64,000 nucleotides of DNA from an uncultured virus (IMG/VR IMGVR_UViG_3300028048_000070) (IMGVR_UViG_3300028048_000070:1-64000), one strand, 5' to 3'; positions 39,364 to 53,200 are shown, counted from the stretch's first letter. A program made the numbers and translations. Notes: generated from the sequence alone by a model not told the origin.

Positions 39364-39960
39364 TTATTTAGTAACAGCAACTTTATCAATTAAATTTTTC
39401 ACATCTCTTATCTTCTTTTTTCTATATTTATTTCTTTCTTTTCTAAAAGTTTTCTTTTTCTTTTTTGTATTAACTGGAAGTTTCTTATATGATTCTGCAT
39501 TATCAGATTTCCATTTATCATGTTCAATAATATATTGAAGCATCGATAAAATATCTTTTTTGCCTTTATAATTTTGCTTATGATAATGATACTGTATATG
39601 TTTATTCTTTACTTTTAATTTAGATATTTTTTCTGAATTAGCATGATATAATTCTACTCCATATCTTGTTGGTTCTGTTGTAATTTTCCAAGCTGATGTT
39701 ATATTATCTATAAACATAGCATCATCTTCTATATACATCTTCATATAATTATGAAGAATAAATCTATCAATTTCTTCTTTATCTTTATTATAATAAGATA
39801 CTAATTTTGAACATCTATAACAATGTTCATATCCATGGAGTCTTGCATCATTTTTAGAACTAAATAAAATTATATCTTTTTCAGGAATAGAATTAACACA
39901 AATACAATCTTTATAGTGAAATACTTTTCTTTTGGAATCTCCTATAACAGTAAGACTCAT
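39364..39960 (-). CDS. protein with N-terminal Ada-like metal-binding domain
   Basis: KVFHYKDC...ARLHGYEHCYRC. Confidence 0.6.
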   Translation of the reverse strand: MSLTVIGDSKRKVFHYKDCICVNSIPEKDIILFSSKNDARLHGYEHCYRCSKLVSYYNKDKEEIDRFILHNYMKMYIEDDAMFIDNITSAWKITTEPTRYGVELYHANSEKISKLKVKNKHIQYHYHKQNYKGKKDILSMLQYIIEHDKWKSDNAESYKKLPVNTKKKKKTFRKERNKYRKKKIRDVKNLIDKVAVTK

Positions 39961-39977
39961 GTATTAAACCTTCTCTC

Positions 39978-40322
39978 CTAAATTCTTATAATAATATTAT
40001 CTACTCCTATAGATGTAACATTAACCATACTGGAAGTAATATTAATATTATCTTTAGATATAGCAGATATAGTTTTTTGTATTACAAAAATTACTTTATT
40101 TAAATAAAAAGCTGAATCTCTATATCCAGAATCATTAGAAGGATTATATTTTACATTAATATCAAGACCACCATATTGATTATTAATAAATCCTACATTA
40201 TTAGCATCAAGATATATACTAAGATTATTAATAAGCTCCGTTCTAAATTGAGGTAAAGAATAAATATTTTGTCTAAGATAAGAGATGGTAGAAGTAATAT
40301 TATCTGATTCTAAAACTGTCAT
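39978..40322 (-). CDS. hypothetical protein
   Basis: 114-aa ORF. Confidence 0.65.
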   Translation of the reverse strand: MTVLESDNITSTISYLRQNIYSLPQFRTELINNLSIYLDANNVGFINNQYGGLDINVKYNPSNDSGYRDSAFYLNKVIFVIQKTISAISKDNINITSSMVNVTSIGVDNIIIRI

Positions 40323-40342
40323 GGTTCTACCATCCTTTATTT

Positions 40343-40825
40343 TTATTCTTTAGTAGTATTTTCTACAGAATTAGATTCTGTCTCTTCTTCTGTTTCATCA
40401 AATTCAAAATCAATATCACTTTCTGGAGTGATAATATAACCAAATTTATTTGCTACTTCTACAATAATATCTTCTGCATCCCCAATAGATACATGAGTAT
40501 AAATCCAATCAAGAAGAGTAAAAGCAAGTCTAAAACAATCAATAGTTACATTTTTAATTCTTCTATCAAAAGCTTTATAGTATTTATCAAGAACTTTAAA
40601 TTTAACATAGGTTTTACCAATTTCTTCATCATATGTATCATCTTCAGCGCATTTAACTGTAGCTGTAAACTCATTCTTCATTTTAAAATCTTCACAATTT
40701 TTAATTTTAAAATATTTAGAATTATTAGAAACTTTCTTTGTAATAAATTTAATAAAATCTTCTTTAGCATTGCAAAGAGTTCCTTCGGTAACTTTAGTTT
40801 CAATATTAACATTTTTCTTAATCAT
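40343..40825 (-). CDS. hypothetical protein
   Basis: ATVKCAEDDTYDEEIG motif common in phage proteins; GGGAG SD. Confidence 0.7.
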   Translation of the reverse strand: MIKKNVNIETKVTEGTLCNAKEDFIKFITKKVSNNSKYFKIKNCEDFKMKNEFTATVKCAEDDTYDEEIGKTYVKFKVLDKYYKAFDRRIKNVTIDCFRLAFTLLDWIYTHVSIGDAEDIIVEVANKFGYIITPESDIDFEFDETEEETESNSVENTTKE

Positions 40826-40892
40826 TTTTATATCTCCCTATTAATAAGATTATATTTTAATATTGTAATGTATTATTATAAATTATTATTTA

Positions 40893-41636
40893 TTATTTTT
40901 CCATATCTGCAAAATTCTTTTCAATCTGTTCTTTTCTCTTATCCCAATCTTTTCTATGCATATCAATTAAAAAAGCAATATTACATGCAGCATGCCAAAG
41001 AGCAGGTAAGCCAGATTCAGAATCAACAGCATCTTCATTATCAATATATTCTAAAATATGTCTAAGTAGTGCATCTTTATATCTTCTTTTAGATACATTA
41101 ATCCAATTAGCGGGTTTATATTTCTTAGCTCCAAACATTCTAACTTCAGTAATTGCTCTTATAATTTCTGTAGGCATAAGAGTAATCTGAAGTTTACCTT
41201 TATCATACTTAGCAGCATCACCTTTTTTATTTAATTCTTCAGGATCATGCTTTATAAGTTCAGTTTTTTCAGTAGAAACAGTTCCATTATCAAGAACAAT
41301 AGAATTTGGTAATACATTAATGTCATACCAATACCCATTTATATACATCTGAGTATATCTAGGATCATTAGGATTTACTCTAGTTTCGTAATTTTCTGGA
41401 ATTCTAATATCAGATCCTGTAGTTTCATTATTAGTATTAATAGTAGCAGATTCAGATAATTTATATTTATTATAATAATCATCTGTTGCTGAGTTTTTAC
41501 TACTAGTAGAACTAATTTCTATATTATCTAAAGTAAGAGATTTACCAGTTTCTTCACTAGTAGCTGGTGTATCATCTAATATATTATCAATTTGATTATT
41601 TATATTTTCTTTTTCAAAGCTATTAAAATCAACCAT
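40893..41636 (-). CDS. dATP/dGTP diphosphohydrolase-domain (DUF5664-like) protein
   Basis: KYDKGK...FGAKKY..NW...DALLRH...DSESGLPALWHAACNIAFL. Confidence 0.85.
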   Translation of the reverse strand: MVDFNSFEKENINNQIDNILDDTPATSEETGKSLTLDNIEISSTSSKNSATDDYYNKYKLSESATINTNNETTGSDIRIPENYETRVNPNDPRYTQMYINGYWYDINVLPNSIVLDNGTVSTEKTELIKHDPEELNKKGDAAKYDKGKLQITLMPTEIIRAITEVRMFGAKKYKPANWINVSKRRYKDALLRHILEYIDNEDAVDSESGLPALWHAACNIAFLIDMHRKDWDKRKEQIEKNFADMEK

Positions 41637-41657
41637 TTTATATTTTTTATCCTCCTT

Positions 41658-42401
41658 TTAAAAATGTAAATAACCAGTATTATCTAAATAATTTATAGGA
41701 TAATCTGGATTATAATCTTTTCTATTAATTATCTGATTATAATGTTGATAAGAAGTAACACAATTTAAATATTTAATATAAATTTCTACTCTAGGCAATA
41801 TAGAATAATACTTATGTACTTCTCCATCTGTTACTAAATTATCATCTAACCAAATATTAGCATTAAACATATCGGTATATTTTTTACCAATATTATCCCA
41901 ATCTGGTTTATTTATATGCCTATGTAAACCAACTTCTGCTAATAAAATATCAGTTTTATTAAAATATGTAGGAGTTTTGAAAAATACATTTATACAAACT
42001 TGACATGGAGTTTGAATAAAATTATTTAATTGTATTAATTCAGAATCTATAAGTTTATGCATAAATTTATGATCTTCTGCTGCATTAGGAGAAAATACAT
42101 GAACAAAACTCCCTCCACCTAAAGCAAGATTCATATAATTTTGTCTATTAATCATTCTAAAACGTGGGCGTTTAGCCCCTTCTGGATCTTCATAAAGAAT
42201 TATTTTATAATTATAATAAAATAATTGAGATTCCATAACTCTGTATCGTTCTATAATATCATCCATTTTTTGAGGAGAAAGTCTCATAGAATCGATTAAA
42301 AAAGAAATACGTTCATTAAAATCTCTTGGAATAGAAGAATATTTAGATTCATATTCTTCCATTTTTAATATTCTTGATTTTTGTTTTGCCAAAAAATTCA
42401 C
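41658..42401 (-). CDS. rusA: RusA-like Holliday junction resolvase
   Basis: KRPRF, KPDWDNIGKKYTDMFN..IWLDDNLV, PRVEI. Confidence 0.85.
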   Translation of the reverse strand: MNFLAKQKSRILKMEEYESKYSSIPRDFNERISFLIDSMRLSPQKMDDIIERYRVMESQLFYYNYKIILYEDPEGAKRPRFRMINRQNYMNLALGGGSFVHVFSPNAAEDHKFMHKLIDSELIQLNNFIQTPCQVCINVFFKTPTYFNKTDILLAEVGLHRHINKPDWDNIGKKYTDMFNANIWLDDNLVTDGEVHKYYSILPRVEIYIKYLNCVTSYQHYNQIINRKDYNPDYPINYLDNTGYLHF

Positions 42402-42480
42402 CTCATTTATAATTATACACAGGTTATTTATAAAATAAAAAAATATAATAGAGGTAGAAGATATCTTCTACCTCTATTAT

Positions 42481-44172
42481 TTACCATCCTAAACTTCTTA
42501 CATCAGAAAAGTTTCCTAATAAACCAGCTGCTTTTTGAGCTAATGTTCTCTTTACTCCTCCCCAAAAATCATCTACATAATCTCTAGGAGCATCTCTTAA
42601 TATCATAGCAGCCATCTTTGCTAATCTAGTGAATTCATAGTCATTTAGATTAACTCCAGCCATTGTAGCTAAGTAATCCATTTCTGCAGTATTACAAATC
42701 AATCCCATCATTTTAGATATAAACATATCTGAATATAAATCTTTTAAAGTTATAGTTACATCAGCAGTATATGGTTGTCCCATAACATTCCATCTATCAG
42801 GACCACCTTTTGTTATTGATAAGGATTGTATAATTCCAAGATCACAGTTAAATATAGATTTATATGTAGCTCTTACTAAGAAAGGAGCTTCATAAGAATT
42901 AGCTCCATTTCCTACTTGTCTAGGACTAGCCATAGAGACTAATAATACTAAAGGCATATATATATTTAAGAATATACTTACAGGATCAGGATCTGGAGAT
43001 CTTAATTTAAGATTTATATTATAAGATTTAGAATAAGAAGAACCAGACCAAATCTCAGGGAATATAATTTTACCACCAGAAACTATAGTAGTTAATTCTC
43101 CAGTAATTCTGGATAATAAATTCTTTCCTACTAAAGCATCTGATAATTGACCTGCAGCATCAGCTAAGTTAGTTCCTAATTCTGTTACTGCAGATCCCAT
43201 AGCTTTCATAAGACCACCACCATCTTTAGTACCTAATATGAATTGAATTTCTCTTGCTGTCTGAGAGAATCCATTAGCAGTCTGAGCAATCATAGATTCT
43301 GTGGTATCATTACTAAAATCTTCACTAATAGAAGTTTCTGCATCTAAATAAAAAGGAACAACACAGTTACTACCAAAGATTTTAGTAAAATCGGTAGACA
43401 TAAAATGCTCAATATCTAATTTATATAATTGCTCATCTTCATTAGTACCAGGAATAGGTACAGATATATCTTGTATACCCATATAGAAAGCAAGAGCTCT
43501 TAATGCAGTATTAGCATACTTTTTATATTCTGGAAAATTCTGTGCAAAAGTATAGTATCTTCCCTCTTGATCAGTGCTGCTATTTCTATCACTATCACGA
43601 TGGTCATTATTAAGAGCATCATATAGATCTTGTGCTAATCCTAATGCTATTCCTCCTTTATTATGACCTTTATACATAAACATAGGTTCCCCAGGAGTTA
43701 AGAATAATATAGGCATAACAGATAAAATTTTCTGACTATATTTTCTTCCTACATGCATATCAGTATCATTTGCTGAATTTGGATTCTCTTCCATTATAGG
43801 ATCAACATCAGAAGAAAATTGATAAGGAATACCAAATATGCCAGTAATATTATCTGTTATTTTTTTAGCATAATTAGAACTAGATTTTTTACCATTAGCT
43901 TGATATATATTGCTATTATGTCTGAGATCATCTACAAGATCTGAATAAGATTCATATGTAACTTGATGTCCATATAATTCTTCAAATTCTGCATTATCAT
44001 CTATATTATCTTCTATTGAAGTATCTACATATTCATATCCAGGATTAGACGGAGCACTACTACTTTCATCTGGAGAGGCAGAAGGAGTCTGAGTATCTTG
44101 TGTATTAGTACCGGTATTATCAGTACTAGGAGTATCAGTATTAGGATTATCTGTTGAAGGATTATCAGGCAT
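42481..44172 (-). CDS. putative tail/baseplate hub structural protein
   Basis: follows giant tail gene; FPEIWSGSSYSKSY, APFLVRA, VTITLKDLY; late promoter 44194-44207. Confidence 0.5.
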   Translation of the reverse strand: MPDNPSTDNPNTDTPSTDNTGTNTQDTQTPSASPDESSSAPSNPGYEYVDTSIEDNIDDNAEFEELYGHQVTYESYSDLVDDLRHNSNIYQANGKKSSSNYAKKITDNITGIFGIPYQFSSDVDPIMEENPNSANDTDMHVGRKYSQKILSVMPILFLTPGEPMFMYKGHNKGGIALGLAQDLYDALNNDHRDSDRNSSTDQEGRYYTFAQNFPEYKKYANTALRALAFYMGIQDISVPIPGTNEDEQLYKLDIEHFMSTDFTKIFGSNCVVPFYLDAETSISEDFSNDTTESMIAQTANGFSQTAREIQFILGTKDGGGLMKAMGSAVTELGTNLADAAGQLSDALVGKNLLSRITGELTTIVSGGKIIFPEIWSGSSYSKSYNINLKLRSPDPDPVSIFLNIYMPLVLLVSMASPRQVGNGANSYEAPFLVRATYKSIFNCDLGIIQSLSITKGGPDRWNVMGQPYTADVTITLKDLYSDMFISKMMGLICNTAEMDYLATMAGVNLNDYEFTRLAKMAAMILRDAPRDYVDDFWGGVKRTLAQKAAGLLGNFSDVRSLGW

Positions 44173-44234
44173 TTTATTATACCTCCATTACTAATTAATA
44201 TGGAGTTGGGCTATTAAACCCAACTCCAATAATA

Positions 44235-47200
44235 TTAAAGTGAACTTGAAATAGCATCTAATTTCTGAATAATAGCAGATATATCAGAATTGATATTACT
44301 TACTTTATCCTGATTTTCGATACTAGTAGAATTAGAATTTACTGTAGCAGTAATTCCAGCTAATTTAGAAACAAGATCAACAATAGTAGGCAGTGCAGAT
44401 TCATATTTACTATTCTCTGCAATAATCTTTAAATACTCAAGAATACTATTAAGAGAAGTAGCAACATCATTAGGAGCACTATAATCTATAGAATGATTTA
44501 CAGCTCTAGATGAAGTTAAAGAATAATCAGAACTATTATTTGTTTGCCTAGCTATATCAGCTGCAATTAAAGGATCTACTTTATATTTTTTAGTATTTTT
44601 GTTTTTAGATGATTTTGTAGCTCCGCCTATAGGAGTCCAAAGACCGGAACCAGCAGCAGTTTTATTCATCATTGATCTTATAGCTTCATTATCAGCTTCC
44701 CAAGATTCAGCAGCTTTGCCATATAATTCATAATATCCGCCTTCATAGTCAGGCCGTCCAAAACCAGTAAGTTTATTGGCTAGAGTAGATCCATCTCCTA
44801 TCTTAAAATGATGTCTTGCAACCATTCCACCATTACGATTATATTCATTACCACTACCAGTATTTCCTTCTATGGTATGAATAGTTCCATCAGGATCAAC
44901 TTTTTCTACTAACCCGATATGAGAAGCTTTATTATTTGTAAATATTACAAAATCTCCTGGTAAAGCATCTTTTTCATAAAATGCTCCTGCTTTTTTAAAT
45001 TGATTTTTAAATGCTGTAACACCTACTTGCACAGGACCTCTAAGAGCTATATCTCTAGCTTTTGCATTACCATTATAATTTTTATCCATTAACCATGATA
45101 CAAATGATGCACACCATGGTTCCTTATCATAACCAGTAAATTTACCATAATCAGTAATATTACCTGAATTTGGTTTTCCATATGAACTATCATTTGGATC
45201 GTTGCATACACCACCTTCTTCGACACCAAGTTGAGATCTAGCTATATCAATATAACTAGCAGCTGTTCCCTTTCCTGGTGGGGTTGGTAAAGCTTTACCA
45301 GGTTCTAAGTGCTGCATACGATGAAAATCTCCAGCAGATCCTGAAGCTCCACCTACAAATTTATATAATGGTAATCCAGAACCTGAAGCAGTAGCTCCAC
45401 TCCAATCAGGTCTACCAAATCCAGTGAGTTTTTTATCCATGGAACTTCCATCGCCTAAAGTCCACTGATGTCTAGCAACAACACCACCATTACGGTTAAA
45501 TTCATTGCTAGATCCAGTATTACCTTCAATTGTAGAAATCTGTTTTCCATTAACAGTTTCTACAATACCAGTATGAGAAGATCCATTTTTAAATATTACA
45601 ACATCACCAGGTTGAGGTTCATTTGTCATTGCACCAGCACTTTTGAAATTATCCCAAAGACCTGATACAGCAGCAGAAATGTTTCCTTTTAAAGCTTTAT
45701 TTCTAGCAGTTTTATCACCATTAAATGTTTTATCCATAACCCAGGATACAAATGAAGCACACCAAGGTTGCTTATCCATTCCCATAAATTTACCATAGTC
45801 TGTAATATTACCAGAGTGGGGAATCCAGTTACCACTCTTATCTTTTTCACCAAGTCCACCTTCTAAAACACCAAGTTGAGATCTAGCAATTTCTATCATA
45901 GAATGAGGAGTACCATAACCAGTAGGATAAGGTTTTGCATGTCCATCATCTCTATCATCATAATCATATTCACTTGATGCACCAGCAGCTGATTTACCAC
46001 CTATATATTTATATAATGGTAATCCAGAACCAGTTCCAGTTGCTGTAGTTGTTGATGAAGATGTTGATGGCTGTTCTGTAGTATATCTCTTAGAAAGAAT
46101 ATATCTTTTTGCATCACTATTAGCATCAGTTACAATAGGTCCAACTCCAGAGCCATGACCAGCTCTTTTTCCTTGACCCATATACATCTCTACGTGACCA
46201 ACTCTATATTTTCTTCCAGAAGAAAATCCAGAAGTAGGTCTTGAATAAAGAAGTAAATCACCAGGTCTTAATCTATCAAGATTTGGTCCTGATGAGGTTT
46301 GCTGTAATGGATCACCACTTGTATATTTATCAACAATTATACCATTAGAACTATCTAAAATTTCTGGTGTAGAACCACCAGGATTAACACCAATCGAATT
46401 TTTAAGAACCCATTGAACAGTAGATGAACAGTCTGAACTTCCTTTAGATGGATCTCTTGCACCACTCATAGAATAATGAGATGTACCAAGAATAGAATTC
46501 ATCTTTTGCACAATAGCATTCTCTTGTGTAGTATTGCCACTAGATGTTGCTACGCCACCAGAATTTGATGATGTATCAGCTGTTGTTACGCTTGCATCGC
46601 CATTAGATTCAGTTCCAGCATTAGCTCCAAGACTAAATCCACCTGTAATAAGTTTAAATATACTTGCAGCAGTTCCACTAAGCCCTTTTCCAACAGCTTG
46701 AAATACTTTACTGAATGCACTACTAAGAATACTAGAAAGATTAGTACCTCCAGGAGCTCCAGATGAAGCAGCTGCTGCAGAACCTTGTGCATTACTACTA
46801 CTATTAGAAGAATATCCAGATGGGGCTGTTACATTACCAGAAGCATCAATTTCATAATGAGCTTCTCCATGTTTCTGACGCATTTCATCAGAAATATATC
46901 CAAATGGATCAGATTTATCATCCGGGAATAATGAGAATTTCCAATCTGAACCATATACATTTTTGATAGGCATACCAAGAGTATACATAGATCTATCTTT
47001 AGCCCAGCTTGGTGTATTTTTTGCTCTTGCTTGGAATCCCATTCCCTTAGTGAGTCCAGTAGATTTTCCATTAATTATTGCTAAATCAGCAAAACAATCA
47101 TGTTCATCTACATATCTAGGTAAAGTTCTTTTACCATTATTAAATACATCTGTAGCAGCAGCAAGAGCAGAAGGTTCAATTTTAGCACTACCATTAAATC

Positions 47201-50200
47201 CTTCTTCATATCTTGTTGCTCCTTTAGCAAACCAGCCGCCTTTAAGATGTTTAATAAGGTTTTCTGCATTAGCCCTACTATCATCTTTCATATCAACTTG
47301 GTTTGCCATTAATGATGCTTCTGCATATCTACCTTGAATTCCACCTTGCTCATTCTGAATAATATTAGCAGCACCTTTTAATTGTTGCTCACTAAGATTA
47401 TATTTCGGGAATTCAAGAACAGGTCCAGAAGCTGTACTAGAAGATGAAGTACTTACACCTGCAGTTGTTGTTCCAAAACTAGTATTAGCTGGAGGATTAG
47501 CAGAAAACTTATTTAAATAAGTTTCTCCATAACTCTTTCTTGTACCAGTCTGTTTTTGCCATTCAGAAGGACTTTCAAAATCTTTAAGTACAAGATCAGA
47601 TGCTTCTTGTAAATTATTAGTTGTAGTAAGAGTTTTATATACTCCAGGATATTTATTTTTAAGCTCATATACAAGATATTCTAATTGCGTATTAGGATCT
47701 GCTATAGATACGCCTTTAGATTTAACAAGATCATACAATCCTTCTTTTCTAGAAGGAGATGTCCATTGAACAAGTCCATAGCCATATTGATAATCTTTAC
47801 CACTACTATTTTTATCTGGATATCTTGGATGTAAGAAATGAGTTTTATCTAAAGTACCATTATCAATAGCAGCAGTATAAGATTCATCGGTATAATTACC
47901 TTTACCTGTTTCTCTTAATCTATTGGCACAAAGCTTTTCTAATTTATTAAAAGTAATTCCAGATTCACCATAAAGATTACCCATTAATCCAGCTGTACCA
48001 GCATCTGTAAGTCCAGCAGATTTAAGATAATTCCATACAGCACCATCAGATTCTTTAACTGGATTACTACCACCACCAGTAAGTATTCCAAGTTTAGCAT
48101 TATTAAGAATCTTTTTATTATATACAGTAGGAGCTCCTAATTCTGGATCATCAATAAGTATATTTCCTCTTGAATCAGATCCTCTAGCTACAACATAATG
48201 AGGATTTGGTCCAAATGGAGAATTTACTTTAGATTTATTAGATCTATCCTGTCCAAGTAATATAGTAGGATTACCTGACCCAACAGCTCCTCTAATAGAA
48301 TTTTTAGAATTAGTATAAGAAGTTCTAATTCCATTTGCTCCTAATATATCAGAGAAATAAGATGCTCTTGTACCTACACCAGAAGATCCAGCTACATATC
48401 CACCAGCTTCTGCCCAAGATACGGCATCATCAAGATTACCACCTCTACCATATGCTCTAAGCACAGTAGCAGCAGTAGCAGGACCACAGCCATTTTCATC
48501 TACATTAGAAGAACCAAATTTTCTATTAGAACCTCTTTGGGTAACATGAATGCCAGATCCAGTTCCAGTAACAAAGTTTTTAACTGTTGTAGCAGCATCA
48601 TCTACTATAGTTGTAGCGGTATTCCAACCACTAGATACTTTATTACCAACCCAATCTACTTTATCTTTACCCCATTCTATAGCATCTCCAACTTTATCGC
48701 CTATGAAACGTATAGCTCTTACAACTTTAAGAGCCATTTCCATAATTCCACCAGTAAGAGATACTATACTATTATTAATACCAGAATAAATATCTGAATT
48801 ATCTTTAACTAAGAAAGATTCTACAGTAGATTTATAAGTACTAAAATCTTTAGAATTATCAGAATATTCCCAAAGTTTAGATACCACATTTTTAATATCG
48901 GGAATAGAGCTTTTAGCTTTTGTAAATATTTCACTAATTTTATTTCCTAATGCATTTATAGCTGTAGGAATTAAATAACTAAATTTATATCCATAATTAG
49001 CTATTGTAGATATTACTCCAGTTTCACTACCAGCATCAGAATTATCAGAAGATATTAATCCTTTAAGATCTCCTGCTATCATATATTCTCTAGTAGCTTT
49101 TCCAATAGCACCAATATTATTAGCTTCTTTTACTACAAATTCTGCTACAGATTTTATTCCGCCTACAATCTTATGACCTATAAACGAATATACTGTAGGC
49201 ATAGTAAGAGCAGCTGAAGTTGCAACATTAGCAGCTGTTGATACAACTCCAAAAGGATTATCTTCACTTACTGTAGATTTATTTGTCCAAAGACCAACAA
49301 TATCTCCAGATTTAAAAGAATCAATATTTTGAGATACGGTATCCCCAATATCTTGAGCGATAGTTCCAGCTATTTCAATATAGGGTTCAATTGCAGTTTT
49401 AACTTTATTAGCTAAATCTTTTATAGAATTTCCAATCTTAATTCCTGTATATTTTATAAATAAACCAGGAACTATAGCTACTTTAGCATTATTAGATATA
49501 GCATTTGTAATTCCATAAAGAGGATTATCTTCCTTGATTTTAGGTTTAACATTAATAACATCACTCATCTTAGAAGATCTATTTATAAATACTTTTTCCA
49601 TATCACCAGCAAGACCAGTGACAGCAGTTATAGCTTCTTTTAAGTAATCTTTTCCTTTAGCTAATTTATTTCCTGCAGCAGCTATTAAGTTTTTAGCACC
49701 ATTAGCAACTCCTGTACCAAAATTCTTAATACCTTTTATAGCTTTAGATCCTGCAGATTTAACAGTAGTAACTGCTTTAGAACCTAAATTTTTAGCTCCT
49801 TTTGCAACTCCAACTCCAAAATCTTTTACTTTACCAATAGTACCACCAATAGCCTTTTTAACTTTTTCTTGTGTTGTATATTCACCAAGTTCATTATGAA
49901 CATATTCTTCAAGAGTAGCTCCAGGATTATTAGTAGCTTTTCTATATTCCTCAAGAGTAATCTTAGCTTCAGCTCTAGCTTTATCTAATCCACCAAGATC
50001 AACTCCAAATTTATTAAATACCCAGTATAATACATTAAATAAAACTTCAGTAGGTATAAGTCCTCCAATTCCGGGAATAGCATAATTAATAGCATTTAAT
50101 GCAGCTGCCAATAATCTTTGAGGAATTGTGGGATCTATAGTAATGCCAAGAATAACTTTTGCTCTAGGTTTTTCAAAACCATCTTCAAGAGCAAGAATAA

Positions 50201-53200
50201 TTCTTCCTATATATACAACAGTACCAATAGTACTTAATAATTTGCCAAGACTAGCACCACCATTTTGTGCAATAGCTTGACCTGCTGTTTCTGCAGCTTC
50301 ATCTGCAGCAGCTCCAGCTTGTTTTATACCAAGTTTATTAAATACCCAGTTAAAGATACTTTTAAGTCTATCAGCTATAGTAGAAATAAGACCATTATCA
50401 GCTACATCTGTTAAGAAATTAGTAGCTCTTTTTCCAAGATATTTCTCCGAAAATGATCCAAATACGGAACCACCTTCACCAGTAGTAAGTTTAGTGGCAC
50501 CTTTCTTAACAAATTCTGAAACTTTTGGAAGATTAGACCCTAATTTAGAAGCATATTTCATAGGAGCAGCTAAAGCTTTTCCTACAATAGGAATATTTCC
50601 TACAGTACCTCCTACTACTTTAGCACCTATAGATCCAATTTTCCCACCAAAAGCCATTCCAGAAACTAAATTAAAACCAGTAGTTTTAATTCCTCTGTCT
50701 ACAGCATAATCTGATACAAAATCATCTTTATCATAAGCAAGCATATTACGATTTCTAATGACATTTTCTACATCTTTAGATCCATAATATGCTCTTTCTA
50801 AAGGATTCATATCTTTACTACTTTTAAGAGTAGAAAGATCTATACCTTTACGAACTCTAGAGTCTTTATCTGTTCCTTCTAACTTATCATGAGCTTTATT
50901 AAATAACCATCCAAGACCAACAGCAGATAAAGCTGTAGCTAATCCACCACCAGTAATAAATTCTCCAAGGCCTTTAGTAATAGCTCCACCGATACCAGAA
51001 AGGGCTCCAGATAATCCACCACCAGCAAGATTACCAAGTAAACCACTTATAGCACTAGTAATAGGAGATAAAAATCCACCAATAGCACTAGCGGCTCCAC
51101 CAAGTAATTTCTTTAATTTATCAAATATTGTTTCTTTCTTTTCTTCTTTATTAATACCAAAAATTCCTTTAAGACTTGTAAGAAGACCTCCACCAAGAAA
51201 GAAATTATAAAATCTTGTTCTAAGATTTTTCTCTTCCTTTTCTTCATTCTTCTTATCCTTAGTTTCTTTATTAGATAAATCAGGAACCCATTTACCACCT
51301 CTAAATTCTTCATTTTCTCCAGTGGTAGGATTCTGTCTTGTATCTCCTTCTTTGGGCCCAGAATTTTCAGAAGATTTACTTTCTTCACTAGGAATTTTTG
51401 TATTTTCTTTAGCTTTATCAAAAGAATTTTTTTCAGGTAAATTAACTCCAAGATGTTGAGCAATAGCTTTAACAGGAGTTAAAATATTTTCAAGAATAGT
51501 ATTTCTTTTATCATCAAGAGGATGTTCATTTTTATCTTGCTCTATTCTATCTGCAAGAGTTTTATTTTCATCTTGTATCCATTTCTCTCTATCATTTTCA
51601 CTAATTTTTCTTAAATCAGCATTTGTCTGACGTCTTAATTTAAGTAATTTTTTATCGCTAAGCTTACCAGATAATCCTCTAAGATCATAACCTTTATATT
51701 CATCCTTAGAGAATTCTGCTTCTTGAGCAGCTCCCCAATTATCTAATTGATTATATCTTTCATTAAATTCTGCTTGTTTTGCAGTAAGTAATTTAATAGC
51801 TTCTTCGGCTCTTTTATTAGTTATACCTTTATATTTACCAGCTTTGATATCAGCTATTACTCTACTATAGTCTGTATGCTGAATACTCTTTTTATTAAAA
51901 CCAATACCAACTTTAGTAGTTGTAGTAGCTCTTCGCATAGCTGATCTAAGAGCATTAACAATTTTAGGATCAGCAGCTCCACCATTATCTAATGTAGCTA
52001 CCATAGTATCTGCTAAATCTTCTCTTTGAGAAGCAAGAGCTTTTCTAGCATTCTTTTCACTATTAGCATAAAAATGTACTCTTTGTACAAAATCTTTAGC
52101 ACCTTTAATATTTCCAGATGTTTCATATGCTGCTAAAGTTTTATCATAATCGGTAGCTTTATCTCCCATTGCTGCTACTCTTTCGGCAGCAGAAGCAGAA
52201 GAATAACCCATCTTTATATTATGTCTATTAAGAGCATCACCAAGCCCACCAATACCTTTAAATGGAAGAGCTGCAAGTTTTCCACCAAAAGTTAAGGCTT
52301 TATCTCCAGTGAATCCAATAGCTGATAATAATCTACCAATAGTTTTATTAAATATTTCTCCAATATTTCTTCCGATACGATGAATTATAGATTTTATTCC
52401 ACCTGTAACTTCATCAAGCATTTTAGTTCCCTTACCTTTAACCCAATCGGTAAGAGGATCAAAAAGTTTCTTTACATTTGTAAATATAGTATTTTTAAAG
52501 AAATCTTTTACTTTACCTATTCCAGTCTTTACATAATCAGCTAAGGGATCAACTACTCTAACTTTAAGTGAACCAATGATACCACCACGGCGTTTTCCAT
52601 CTACACCTTCATTTCCAAATAATGCAGAAGATATGAATTCTTGTACTTTTTCTTGATGTGCAAGCATATCAATACCAGCACCAAGTACAAAACCACCAAG
52701 AAGTCCTCCAGGAGCAATACCCATAGCTCCTAATACTGATCCTATAGCTCCAGATTTGGTAAGTTTAGGTAATCTCTTTTTAATAAAATTAGAAACTTTA
52801 GGAGGAAGCATTCCTCCCTTACCTTCTTCATCACCAAAAAGTTTTTTAGATATATCATCAGAGTTCTTTAATACATGAACTCCAGCACCAATAGCAAATC
52901 CACCAAGAAGTCCTAATCCAGAACCAGTCATAGCACCAGCAATAATAGCTCCAATAGTACCAGAGGACATAGTTTGAGGAAGAGACTTCTTAATTACTTC
53001 CATTGCAGATTTAGCAACATCTTTACTATCTTTATATTTCTGCCCAAAAGCATTTTCTAAAGACTCATCAATTTGTCTACCTGCATTAATTACTTTCTTA
53101 CCAATTTTACTATTTTTTGCATTATCATATAATTCTTGTTGTTTCTGCTTTTTTAATTTTGCTTTATATTCAACAGATTCTTTTATCTGATTAACTGTTG

